Shown: positions 12,471-28,290, counted from the whole stretch's first letter. The stretch: 55,662 nt of DNA, filler included, from Platydemus manokwari (GCA_037951405.1; 5 parts of 5 records of this genome joined end to end with filler, not necessarily neighbours in it), one strand, 5' to 3'. Notes: a model not told the origin generated them from the letters alone. A program made the numbers and translations.

Positions 12471-13540
12471 TTATCAATTAGTTAATATATGACCTTACAA
12501 TTAATAAATGATAACAATTAAATTTATTCATTGAAATACAAATTTTAGCTCATTTTTGTAAAAGCCGGAATCATACTAATACACCTAATAAAAAAATTGA
12601 AACGGGTTTTATAAATTTCATCTCACTGATAAGTCATGATAATATGTGCTAGTAATTGCTATTCCATGAAACATAAAATACGAACTGTAAACGAATCTAA
12701 GAATATCAAATCATCAAAGCATATTCAATGAATAAATCCAAAGAAATTAAATCGATCATTCATATTTATTAATATCAATATATTTTCTATTTAAAATGAC
12801 CATTTGGATATTTATAGAATTTAAAATTCTCACAATCGTAATAAAAACCCGATATTGGATATTATAATCTGGAAAATTAAAATTGTGCTCTATCATTGTT
12901 GAACAGGGATACATTTTGATTTACATTCTTGATAAATGTCTTGAAACAAATTGCCATAATATTTTTTTACTTTAATATTTTAAATAAGACAGTTACAACA
13001 AGAAATTTCTGAGAAAAAAGTATTTTATTAAAAATTTTCCAATTTTCATAATTTCATCAATATTTCTTTAATTCATTTTAATTTCAATAAATTCTCTAAA
13101 TTCATCCTTAAAATCTTGATTTTCCACACAGATTCTTTTTATAGAATTCCAAAATATTTCCACCAATTCAATTGTTACAGTTCTCTTTTATTGATCTACT
13201 TAGTGAGGAATATTGAGAAACTAATTAATATTTTTAAACCCTAATAATCGATTTTTAAATTAATATTAAAAAAATTTCAAAAGATTGATTTTTATTTATA
13301 TTAAAATCTATATTTCTGATCATGACAGACAATATTTAAACCTCTATTGGAATTTTTGTTGTCTGTTTCTATAATCAATGTTGTTAGAAATATATTCTAC
13401 TGTTGGATCTGATTCTGTATAACAAAATAATTGGTGACTCCAAAAATCGAAGGTTGCAAGCTTTATTTTTAACTATCAGAAAATTTACAACTAAAACTTG
13501 ACTTTCAACTACACGCTCACGACCTGGTTTCCGACTGAGA

Positions 13541-13690
13541 GTTGGCCATCTTTACATCGGTATTTATATACGAGATCTGTGTGTAATTTTTGTGTCACGC
13601 TTGAATCACATTTTGATTTGATCTCTACTTTTCCATGTTGCTATTGGGCTTATAAGTCTTTGTGTGTGTGGGATTGGTCAATCCTCACGT
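13541..13690 (+). repeat. Dispersed repeat, copy B
   Basis: Matches 8688-8823. Its atcacattttgatttgatct motif also matches 28811-28830. Confidence 0.6.
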
Positions 13691-13891
13691 GAGTGTTGTT
13701 GTATAGCTGCGTCTCTTTTTCCATTTATCGTTTTCCATTCAACTCAAATCCCATTGGTTAATTGCCATGCCTGTATGGTTGTATAGGCGATCAAATGTTT
13801 TGCCTGTTTTGTTTTAATTATTAAAATAATATGAATAAAATAAATATTATTAAAAACATTGTAAATATTAATAAAATAATTCCTATATTTA

Positions 13892-13943
13892 TGATAATTT
13901 TTTACAATTTTTGATAATTTTTTACAATTTTTGATAATTTTTT
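13892..13943. repeat. Short tandem repeat, 20-bp unit x ~2.5
   Basis: tgataattttttacaatttt repeated. Confidence 0.8.
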
Positions 13944-14328
13944 TTATTATTTGTGCAAAGCTCATATAATAAAACGTCTCCGAATCCATTATTTAATATT
14001 GTTGTCATTAAATTGAATTGCTAATGTCACAGCTATTTGATTGGATCAATTAAAGTTGAATATCGACTTATTTCAAAGTTATAAATATCGAAAGTTATGC
14101 AATGAAATCAATGAAGAAATGTAAAAATCGCAGCAATCACCAAAACGATATCAGTATAAATTTGTATTTGAATTGATACCAGCAGCATTAATTATTGAAG
14201 ACATACATGCTGAAATCTGATTGGCTGGTCACTAGAACGTTCAATGATAAATATCGATTGAAAATTAATCAAACCAGTTGTGGTTTTGAATCTTAAATGC
14301 CATTTTCTTTCGAAATCATTTTCTCTCA

Positions 14329-14829
14329 ATGGATTACAAATTAAATTTATTAACACCTTCTCTCTATTCACCGGAAGGTAAATCGAACTGCGTGGATGAA
14401 CTTGCGGAAGAATTCGCCAGTTATGTTGTAAGCCGGGCAGAATATGAATTCCGATTTCAATGCCAATACAACAGAATTCCTGGACTGGCTTTTATTCATA
14501 ATTTTGAAAATTTCGAGAGAATATTCTTGATTCATTCGGAATATGCCGTTATAATTGCTTCTCCAGCGTCCCAGAAAGCGTTGAACATTTACATTCCGAG
14601 ACTGTTGGTGTTCTTGACATCGAAACCGATCTGGCAAAATCGATTCTTGTTCGTTTGTCTGGGTGATGTGGAGGTTTTGAGTAATTTAGTTGTGAATGAA
14701 CCGATTCGATTTTCGTTGAACGATTGGACCGATGGTGATGAAAATAGTTGGACAACGCTTTTTGAGCTAGTTAAAAGTAAGGAGATCATTAAAAATATTT
14801 CTCTATTAATATCCAATAAATTACAATAA
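14329..14829 (+). CDS. Standalone TIR (Toll/IL-1R)-like domain protein, single exon
   Basis: 166-aa ORF that is GC-richer than its flanks. Motif order matches the TIR fold: LYS (box 1-like), RIPG (BB-loop PG), NFENFERIFLIHSEYAVIIASP (cf. NIxxAIxxSxxxIxVLSP), RFLFVCLGDV (betaD), DW...SWTTL (box 3-like). CCAAT-type motif at ~14219 and AATAAA at ~14918-14931. Confidence 0.65.
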   Translation: MDYKLNLLTPSLYSPEGKSNCVDELAEEFASYVVSRAEYEFRFQCQYNRIPGLAFIHNFENFERIFLIHSEYAVIIASPASQKALNIYIPRLLVFLTSKPIWQNRFLFVCLGDVEVLSNLVVNEPIRFSLNDWTDGDENSWTTLFELVKSKEIIKNISLLISNKLQ

Positions 14830-16019
14830 GAAAATCAACAGCAGAATCATGATATTCGTATGCATATCACCCCGCATTTATACATTGTATGAACGTGTAA
14901 GCACACGCTTGTAGTGGAATAAATCAATAAAATACATAAAATGACGTGTCTTTAAAAGATTCGTGAATTTCTCGAGACGAAAGAATTATTTGTCCAATAT
15001 TTATAATCATAAATCGCTACTGTTTCCATGGGAACTGCTTGAATAAAATAGGTCAAATTGAATGTTTTTTTTACAAATATTTTGATGAAACATTATTGTG
15101 ATCACCAATCCGTGTTTGTAATCTGATATTGGCTTGCTCAATATCTATGTAAATTCATTAGTCAATGCTCCATAATTACTGAGCTCATTTAACTGAAATC
15201 ACGTTAATGATTGGAATCAATTCAATATTAAGTTCAGTTGTTTATTGTAATTTAATAGCAAAAACAATTATCGATGAAAGACCTATCATAACAACCAATC
15301 AAAAGAGGGTTATAAAATTATTTGTTTTAACAATTGACTTTCAGAAATAACAACACACACACGCACACACGTTAATGATTTCCAGCTGAATGTCAACCAG
15401 TACGAGATTATTTTTTTTTATTATTGCTGTTTTATTTTTTCAGTGAAAACTTTTCAAGTCGTCTTCAATATCGATTAATATTGTTTTGGTAAAATATGTA
15501 AATAACTTTCTTTTATTTTTTTGTTTAAACAATGGTTTCTGTTTAAAATTATTTTATATCCAGGATATCCAATCAATATTTCTGGATATATGTGTCAATT
15601 CTTTTGAGGATAAATTAAATTATTGATTGGAAATTATTTTTTATTTATAATAAAAATTATATTGATTTTATTTATTTTGTTTAAATTATATAAATGGTTT
15701 ATTAATTTTTCTTGAAATAATAATATCGATTTTCGTGATTGTCAGCTTTTTATATTCAATAAAATAAATAATAAAAATAGAGGAAGCACTTCATTTTGCG
15801 TACAAGTTTAAGGGAATATTTTATAGATTATTTTATTTATTTCCACCGGATCTATGATTCCAAGGTTATTTTCTTCAGCAGGAACAAATGAAGTGCGAAA
15901 TTTAACACTACATGTTTTTGTAATTTTTAAAATATTATAAATATAGTTTTACTTTTTCTGCCTAAATAAACTTAATTTTAATCAAACAAAAATAAATAAA
16001 TGACAAAAAAAATTTATTA

Positions 16020-16340
16020 AAATTTAATAATTATTACACATTATTCTCGGTATGGCATGTTTCAAAACATGGTGCAGAACACAGTGCAGGTTTTGATATG
16101 CAATTCTTGCAGCAATATGATGTTTCCTTCCGTATTCCCTGTTTATAACATTGTTTACAACCCCGAAAAAATGTTTTTCGCTGATAATTTTCAGGACGGG
16201 AAATTTTCTCAGGAAAATGTTGTGTTCCATTATAGTTCATTTCATTTGTTTTGATTCGTGCACCTTTAAATTGAACCTTCCATCCTTTTTATAATTTATA
16301 CCAGTTAGAGCTCGTATGATTGCTTCCCTTCACTACTCCC
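16020..16340 (-). mobile_element. piggyBac transposase C-terminal remnant (cysteine-rich domain)
   Basis: HFPEKI...CKQCYKQGIRKETSYCCKNCISKPALCSAPCFETCH matches the piggyBac CRD pattern and is preceded by REAIIRAL. No catalytic core is present. Confidence 0.85.
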
Positions 16341-16684
16341 TTTGTAACCACGTGCGTACTAAACCTGTAAGTCGCGTAATAGGTGGAAAACAAAAGTCAA
16401 CCGAAAGAATTGTTTCCAAAACATGACACTAGTCTTCTATTTGTACACCGGTAAATGCACATTTGTGCCACTATAGCCGCATTGTCCAAAAAAGACTGTT
16501 TCGTTTTAGACGGCTATTGCCATCATTCCACATAGTGAACTTCGCTTTGACGAATATAGACGCAAGTGTCCGTCACCATGTTAAGAATTATTCTAATTTT
16601 TATAAATTATTTAATTAAATATAATAAACGTTAAACTATTTCAATAAAATCGAAAATTTACAATCAATCATGTTATCCGTTTAG

Positions 16685-19600
16685 ATCAGAGCAAGATTTA
16701 ATAAAACTGACTGACGAAAAAGTGGGAAACATTAGGGTAATATTAGGTTTTTAAATTATATTTTATATAAATATATTAAAGTTTATCGATGTGTTGCGCG
16801 ATATTGCCATAAATGAGGATCAATCAGATCTCGATATCTTGAATGATTGTGCTGTAACGACAAAGCTTGATAATGATGAGATATTTTATGATCTCGATAG
16901 CGATTTGAGAAATATGCGATCTAAGATTGAGTCGAACGCTGTCGATTCCGATTATGTTTGGGCTCAAATATCGAGATCATTACACGAGGTGATTCGTTAG
17001 ATTCATTGATGAATTATTTTTCTTCCAAATGAAAAAACACGATTGATTTTATAAATAATTCTCTTACAGGCATCAAATCCTGATTTTATTAACAAGGTCG
17101 GTGAGCAACATTATGAATATTCAATTTATTATTATTATTATTAAATGGTATGTGTGTCGATTATAAGTATTTTAATGTTTGCAAGCAAGCTTGATTAATT
17201 TTTAACTCACACCTTAGAAGCACAAAGGATTTTTATGGATTTTACTAAATTGGATTTTCTTAAGTTGCCTTGCATAGTTGATATATTATTTGACCTTTAT
17301 CGATTATATTTAATATGATTTTTAGACCTGATTTTATCGATAATATATTAAGGAAATATTGTAGATAAAAATTGGATTTAGTTCAAAAAAATAGATTAGT
17401 TCAAAAATTCTGTAAAAATATAATGCCAAAATATTCTAAGAGGATCTATTATTAGAAAAAACATAACTCGATAAAGTCTTGATTAATTGGAGTCTGATGA
17501 AGCAGGATTTTGGAATTTGAAAAATAATATTGTGTAAAGAACATTTCGTTTTAATAGATCCCGCTTTTAAATCCGATAATATGAATTAAAAAAGAGTGTA
17601 CCTATAAAATTATAAACATAATACATTTACTAAGCATGATGTTATGGTATAGATAAATATATTGAAATGGAATCTTCAATATATTGAATGTTGCTAAACA
17701 AATATAATGGGTTGGGATTAAATAAACTTGATGACTGCATTATCAATGTGAAATGTGCCATATCTAGCACTCGTAACTATAACTTATTGGGTTTTGGTTT
17801 TAGGTTGTTTCACTGGAAAGTATGGGAGTTCTTATTTAGAAATACCGTGACCATGTGCCAAGAGATCTTTTGTGGAAATAATAGCTACTGGTACCTGTAT
17901 CCTACATGACTAAAAATCATTAATACTTCGGAAATTATCTTTAATAATTGTTTTATTTTATTATAATTTTGGTGCTAAATGTGATGATTGATTAATGTGT
18001 ACATTGGTTTTGAATTTTTTTTACAATGAAATCTATTTTTTAGATTACCGATGAAATGGTATTTAGTAATTCCAATCATTATCTTAAAGATTTTGAAAAT
18101 ATCGAAAAGTCGGACGATATCAATAAAATAGTCGATGATATTTTCAATAAAGGTGTTATGCTTTACAAAAAGGGCGAATTTTCTGAGGCTATATTGGCAT
18201 TTGAAGCTGTAGTTCAGAAGAAACCTGAATTCGAGTCAGGTTGGTCGTACTTAGGAATGAGTTTGTCGGAGAATGAACAAGATTACAAAGCTATTGTTAG
18301 TTTAATATTATACTATCAAACTTTCATCTTGAAATCATACTTAAATATGCTGGATTTTGTTTTCTATTATTTATAATTTTTTAATATTATATATTTCGAT
18401 ACAGAAATACAGTCGAACTAAATTGATATCATTTCATCTGTTCTTGGAAAAATAGTGATTATAACAGAATTTACCAAAAAAGGCTTGTACAAGAATCAAT
18501 ATATGTATACATACACCGTGTGATTCATAAGTCTCCGTCTGTAAAACTAAAATAAAACAACAAAACACAATATAATTTATACTCACATTTATACTCATTG
18601 ATATTAATTATTATTCACTGATTAATGTACTTTATTTCTTATTTCTTATTAATCAGTTGGATTATTACAATATGGCGGAAGCATCTGGTGATGTTAAATT
18701 TTCACTTGCGGATAGAGTGTTTATAGTTAGCCATGCAATAACGTGCCAGGGTAGTGCCAAATCTTACCAATAATTTCAACAATATTTCAATCGTGCACCA
18801 CCAACTAGAACCACCTGATGAAGGAAAGAGTGGTATATTTTGTAAAAGAAAATGATAGCGCAAATCAACGAGAAACTGTACAAGTATGTATGATTTCACA
18901 AATTTCTGTTCACAGATATCTAACGAAAGAAAAAAAATGTTATTCAAGCTACTGTTTGGGGCAAGATGATGAACATTTTCAACAGTTGCTATGAAATTGC
19001 TTATTATTTACCGTTATTTGTTCTTACTGTTATTGTGTTTTGCTGTGCATTAAAGTAACTCAATACATTTAGCTTGTTCTTACTGTTGTTTTATTTTAGT
19101 TTTAAAGACGGGGACTTATGAATCACAAGGTATATATAAGTGATTTTTGTTTTGGGATTACCATAATGTCTTTAGTTTTTTTTAATTTTTTCACATTTTT
19201 ATTTATTAATATAATAATAATAACAGTATAATATATCATAAATTATACATTATATAACGAAATTAGTTACTAGTAGGTTTGCTATCACAGTGATAATAAA
19301 AGAACTGATATATTAATTGAGTTCATTCATATTCCGAACTGTTCATTACGTTTGAACGTTAAAAATCTAAGAAATTCCAAAATCGAGCTTATAATAATAT
19401 TATAATTGATTATTATTTTGTGTGTTTAATTCCTAAACTTATTAATGTTTGTGTTTATTCTACATGTTTGATTTGAGAATAAAACAATAATTTGATTTCC
19501 TTCCAGTTAGCTCTTATTATAATTCATTGAGACTATTAATCATACATCACTATCAACAGCATCATTTTCAACTTAAGATAAATAGAACATTAATTCGATA

Positions 19601-20070
19601 ACAGATACATTGAACTCGTGATAGATGATTAGTAAAATGCGATATATAGATTTTGATAACTGTACTTTTATTATTTTTTATGAAATTTTCCTTTCATTAT
19701 TATTGATTGGTTTTTTCAATGTATTTTAATATTTTTTATAATATTTAATTTGTCGTCTAATGATAAATTGTGAGTGTTCCCTTGATACTAGGATTTGGAT
19801 GAATAATTTTGATATTGAAAATATATCTTAGATCGCTTGTAAGAAGTGCCTTGAGTTGAATAAAAATAATCGCGAAGTCCTTCTTTCATTGGCTAGAATC
19901 CATTGCAATGAAATGAATTTGGCTTCAACTATTGCATGCTTGGAACAATGGTTACTTGCTCATCCAAAATATTCCGATTTGGCTACTGTTGGACAGCAAG
20001 CAATGCATTCAGAAATATCGAATAATTCCTCTTTGTGGGATGACATGTATGAACTGGCTTTTGAATCTAG
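16685..20070 (+). CDS. PEX5: Peroxisomal targeting signal 1 receptor PEX5, partial. Exons ~16685-16736, 16782-16988, 17070-17096, 18044-18295, 19832-~20046/20070
   Basis: Exons join in frame through GT-AG introns. TPR region GVMLYKKGEFSEAILAFEAVVQKKPEFESGWSYLGMSLSENEQDYKAI|IACKKCLELNKNNREVLLSLA...NE...CLEQWL matches PEX5 TPR1-3. DEKVGNIRFIDVLRDI resembles the PEX5 DPKLANSEFLKFVRQI segment. The start and the C-terminal TPRs were not found. Confidence 0.8.
18514..19132. mobile_element. Non-autonomous Tc1/mariner-type element (~620 bp) in a PEX5 intron
   Basis: ~49-bp terminal inverted repeats (caccgtgtgattcataagtctccgtctgtaaaactaaaataaaacaaca at 18514-18562 and its near reverse complement at 19084-19132), flanked by TA on both sides. 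Confidence 0.88.
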
Positions 20071-22077
20071 GTTAGATAAATATATTCATCGGGCTAAATC
20101 ACGCATGTAAATACAAATTAATGTAATATTAAAGTAATCTATTCGGCTCGATCATGAATATGGAAATCTATATTCATAATCGTAAACTTCAAATTAAAAT
20201 AGGGGCAATTTATTGGAGAAAATATTTTCGACTTTATTATATTTTCTCCTGTTCGATAATATTGAAGATTTAGATTATTAAAGAATTTTCTTTTAAGTAG
20301 ACAAAAGTATGGTTGATTTCTTTGGAATTGATTCTCTATAATACGATTAATCTTATAATTCATTAGTTAATCCTATTATTAAAGCACGACTCGATATAAT
20401 GACATCATCTGTTTCCAATGGTAACTGCCATATTTGAAAAAATTACAATAGATTCTCTTTATCTGTTAAATGCGTCTATAAAACCTCAAATTAAAAATCT
20501 ATAATGCCAAGAGAGAAATTCATGGATATGTTCTTAATTTTGGTTAAATCTGCGATATTCAAGTTATCTATTATAAAACCTTCATTTTCAAAGATAAGAA
20601 TGTGATTCCAGTAAAAGCAGTATACATTAGAAATCATTAACTAAATCCGATGAAAAGTTTGTTGGAGAATGCTCAACATTTGATATTAGATTTATGCTCG
20701 GAGAACTTTTAGAGTCGGCCTTGTTAAAAAGTGAGATTCCAATCTTCGATTTATTGGATTTTTACATCGCCAGAGTTTGATTAATGAAATATCATTCTGT
20801 GTTTGTCATTCAAGCATCAATATAATTTCTGAAATCAAATTTTTATTGGATACATTTATTCCATCTTTATTTTAATCGAAAATTGATATTCAATATCCCT
20901 ATGATGTCGGTCTGTAAAATAATTCATGGAGATTCATGGTTTTGTAAATTGCAGACTTCATATTCTTCCTTAAAAAGTTAACAATTATATTTTTTTATAT
21001 TCTATTATATATTTTTATGAATTATTTTTTCTTTGATTTAAAATATCACTATAATTTTTTCGCCGTTCCTGACGATTATCATTATCTGCAATGTTATTGA
21101 TATGAGCGTCTACGAGCGCGCTCACAATTAGTTTCGCTACTATTATAAATTACCTTATATGTGTGCTTAAAGTTATACACACGGATGGGCTGTCTGATTC
21201 TAGTAGACAGTGACATCTTGATTAAAAAATAAAATCGATGTGAAATTTATCAATGAAACTATTGGAAATGTTTATAGATATTTTCCATTGTTATCCTGTT
21301 GATAATGTTTATCATTTTTCATTTACACGTGTTACAAACAGAAATCCATTTGGATATTATTTCTGACGTTATCGTTTTGATCAATTCAATTTTATTAATG
21401 ATTTGGCCTTTTGAAGTTTATAAATTTCCATTGTTAAATAAATATCATTGGAAAATCGCAACAACTGTTTCAATATCATTATATCGATATCGTCAATAAG
21501 AAATATTTCTAAAACCAAGACAAATAATTTGATGTGCCCATGAGTATATTTTCTAATATTCGTTGTGTTGTCCTATTTGTTTGTTGTCCGTTTTATAACT
21601 GTTTGATCGATATTTGTAATATTTATTGATTTTCGCACATTAATTTCTGGGATAGTCTTTTAATACTTTATAATCAGAGTTTTTATTGATATTATGGAAA
21701 GAAATAGTAATTTTAATTATTTGACAGTGGGAATATTATTACGCGTGGAAATATGCATAAAGGATTTTAATTATTACAATACTCACACGATTATTGTTTT
21801 ATATATATTTTATTACTGTTATTATAATTAATTATATTAATAATAATTATAAATATTTTGTGGGTAATATTATTATACTGTTAGGTCTATTAATACATGT
21901 ACAGGTTATGGGCAAGAATATGATTGGATATTAATTATTTTAATTAATTCAATTATTTGAAAGACCCTATAGAAAAGCCATTAATATAATCATAATATTA
22001 TAAATTTTCAGCTATCGAGAATGAAAAATAGTAAGACAATAATATAAATAAATTAATAAATTCCAAGATGATTGATA

Positions 22078-22177
22078 NNNNNNNNNNNNNNNNNNNNNNN
22101 NNNNNNNNNNNNNNNNNNNNNTTAATTAATTAANNNNNNNNNNNNNNNNNNNNNNNNNNNNNNNNNNNNNNNNNNNN
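22078..22177. other. Assembly gap with linker
   Basis: N-run with TTAATTAATTAA. Confidence 0.95.
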
Positions 22178-24849
22178 ATGTATCGTCTGTCCAGTCCTTC
22201 CCCAGAGAGTCCTCCTCGAAATGCTAATTCTAAATAAAAACACAAAGTAAAATTCATACAAAAGTAATTTTACGCCAGGTAAACTCAAGATAAACTCAAC
22301 TTTCTTAAATATCGGTTATTTCCCTTGTGAAAATTTTTAACTTCCATTTTCCAAAGGAGTCGGAAGTCACAATCTAAAGGTTTGGTGTATATTGGTATAG
22401 CAAATTCAATTTTGTATTAATAGTTATAAATAGTAATTTTATATCAATAAACGTGTAATCAACAATTAAAGTCGTTTAATGTTTCGACCCGCAAGTGTCA
22501 TAAGAAATCATTGCATATTTGATGACGTTATCATGTTCGATATCATTTTACCACCTTTTGATAATAGACAATTGTGGTTTTAAGGAAAGAGTGTAAATAA
22601 TAATGAAATCAATAGATATACCACATAGATTTTGTGTCCAATGCCTTTGTGGGGAACCAATCTGGCTATTTCTACCCAACGAAAAGACTAAATAATAATA
22701 AAAATTAATATGAAATTATTTTTCAAAATGTAGGACATAAATTGTATAGATAAAATTATTATTATAAAATTATTAAAATCATAAAAATATTACAAATAAA
22801 ATGTGTTTTAATAAATCAAAAATTATACTTGTTTAAGTGCTTCAAAATATTTAAAGTTATCTTTTAAACCTCAAGGTCATAAAACTTTTAATTGAAAACT
22901 ATTTTTGGCAACTACGTCAGTCCAAAAAATAGATCACCCCAATTTAGTGAAAAAATCAACTAAAATTGTGGACTGTTACTAAATTTAGCACTGACGTGTA
23001 AATGTTGCTAAAGATAGAAACAAATGTGGGTAATCTGCTTAGAAATACACACAAAGCACTCTAAACAGTATGTAAGCTAATAGCAATAGTCATTTACCGC
23101 ACTTTATCGACTGGTACAATACCGACGAGAATAAAAGCTGATGAAGAAATTTTATCCCATTCCGGCTTACAGAAGACATTTTTTATTATTATTTATTGTT
23201 CCAGAATTCAATGAGTAAATTTTTTAATAAAATTAAATTAATCTCGGCGCACGGCTAGTTTTAGCATCGTGGTCCTCTAAAATTATTTAAGCCTACTTTA
23301 TCAGTTCCCTACTTTCTTTTTATGAGAGAGGCTTGCCCTGTCACCTAAACGGCACGTTCTATACTTTTGCTAGATGGTTCTTTTGCTTCCACAATAGATT
23401 TGTATTTATATTGAAGTTATTTAAAATAATTGTTGGTTAAATAATTTGTTGATTAATATATTTTACCGTGTTATTTTATTTGCTTTTATTATTTATATTT
23501 TAAAATATTATTGACATTATAACCGAGCGACAACAACCTTATTTGTCTGAAGTCCAGATAAGTTGAAAATTTTAGAGAGATATTTCTTATAAAACCATAT
23601 TATAAACACTTCTGATTATATTTTCAGTATTTATTTACAAATTGCACATTCATACTGTGAACTCCAGCGAAGTTCTATCTTTATTAAACATCTACAGTCT
23701 TTAATGCCTCTCTTATCGCTCTCAAAAGAAAGGACATTCTACAATAATGTTTATTAACCTTAGGACACCAGAACCCAGGAGATTAATAAGGCCGCGGATA
23801 TTTGCAAAAGATAAAGTCAGAAAAGTCAAGATGAACAATCCAAGAGTTGACTTCATAAGGAATCGCACTAAATGCAAATTAGTGTCCATATCAAAGGACC
23901 AAGCGGTCTGGAATGTGTAATTAATATTATGCCAATTTGTTAGTAGTGTCAAGATAAAAAATATAAGGAAAATAAATGATTAAAGCTTGATAGAAACAAA
24001 GTCCATGGGCGAAAGAGAATTGATTGTAATTGAACAAATATTTAATATTTTCATATTTAATTCACTTACACGAATTCAGTTAGTAGAAAGTCATTGGTAA
24101 CTGAATAAAATATTTTTTGATTATATCTTATTCTTGGAAAGAGTTTTCAAATTAAATCAAATCAATATCTTAATACAGCGAGATAGACTGGCAGAATTTT
24201 ATTGATCGAAAATTGCGAGTTAACTCATCGTAACTATCCAGTGTATTTGAGATGAATTGTTTAGTCTAAATGATACGAATTGTTATTTGTTTAACTCATT
24301 TATATTATTTTAGAAACATTATTATTTAATGAATTTAAATATTCATATTTAGATCATTCAGATCTTCCTGTAATCATTTAATACTTTCAACAACACCAGG
24401 ATTCCTCAATTCATCATTAAATTAAATATTCGAAATTCGATCACCCATGTTCTTTTTACTTCAATTATTTCTATGGAGTGATTGGGGTTTAATATTTGAC
24501 AATAATTCAGATATTCATTAATAAATAATAGGCTTCCACAGTTTATGACTTCACGGTGAACTGATCTAAAGTCATTGTCGAAACATGAGAATAAATGTAT
24601 GGGTATTGAAACTAAAACCATGGTATTTTTATACCCTTAATTAACTCTATGAGAATAATATGAACAGTATCAATTTGATGAATATTTTTTAAATATTTTA
24701 TATATTTTGCACTTAATAGAAATTGTTACTGATTATCGAAATTTTAAAAAATATTTTCTAATAAAAAATTCTATATTATAAATAATCATCAATTGTTTAA
24801 ATTTTGTTAAAATTTCATTTTAGAAAAAGTGATTGGTTTTGATTTAAAT

Positions 24850-27610
<2,761 letters not shown>

Positions 27611-28179
27611 TCAATTTTGTTGTTTGATGTTTCATATATAGATGTTTTATCAAATAGAGATTGCATATTTTGTTTTTTGATTCCTTTATTATTTCCATCG
27701 AAAATGATATTTATCACTATTAAGATGTTCTCATATCAAATTATCGAGATATATATTGTTGATATAATTGTAATCGATTATTTTTAAACAATTACACTTA
27801 AATCGATTTTCCATTTTTTATCATGGCTATTATTACTGAGTTTTGTGTAATATTCATATTAAATAACAAGAAATTGAAAAAGATGAAAAGAATTATGCAT
27901 GACTTTTACATAGAATTTTACTTTATCACTGAAAACTATAAATGCACAGGCAATTTCGACATAAACGTTAGAATTAATTAATAATTTTTCAATTCAAAAT
28001 ATTATGTTGGCTTTTAAAGTTTCAAGGTTTGGAAAAACGACTCGTGATCTTCAATTTTTAGTATATTTAAATCTAAATTGAAGTCTCACATTCTGTTTTC
28101 ATAAATTTCATCTAGTTATAATTTTGAAGTAAACTATGAAAAAGTAATTAATTTAAATTAATTATTTTTTATTGAAAAA

Positions 28180-28290
28180 CAAGAGAATTAAAAAAAATTA
28201 TGTGCTATTAAAAACAGTAATTATATTTCTAAATATTACAAAAAATGATTCAAAGAACAGATCATCAAACAATTTATTCAACTCATAAGA
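28180..28290. repeat. Diverged, internally deleted duplicate of the PRMT1 3' region
   Basis: tatttctaaatattacaaaa-atgattcaaaga-cagatca matches ~29719-29759, and aacaatttattcaa-tca matches ~29971-29987. Confidence 0.65.

Noticed and set aside
14368-14816. Three antisense ORFs overlapping the TIR-like gene
   Set aside because: Shadow ORFs expected from the locally higher GC content; no recognisable motifs.
15786-15898. 11-bp inverted repeat gcacttcattt / aaatgaagtgc
   Set aside because: Too short to define a MITE and no TSD was seen.
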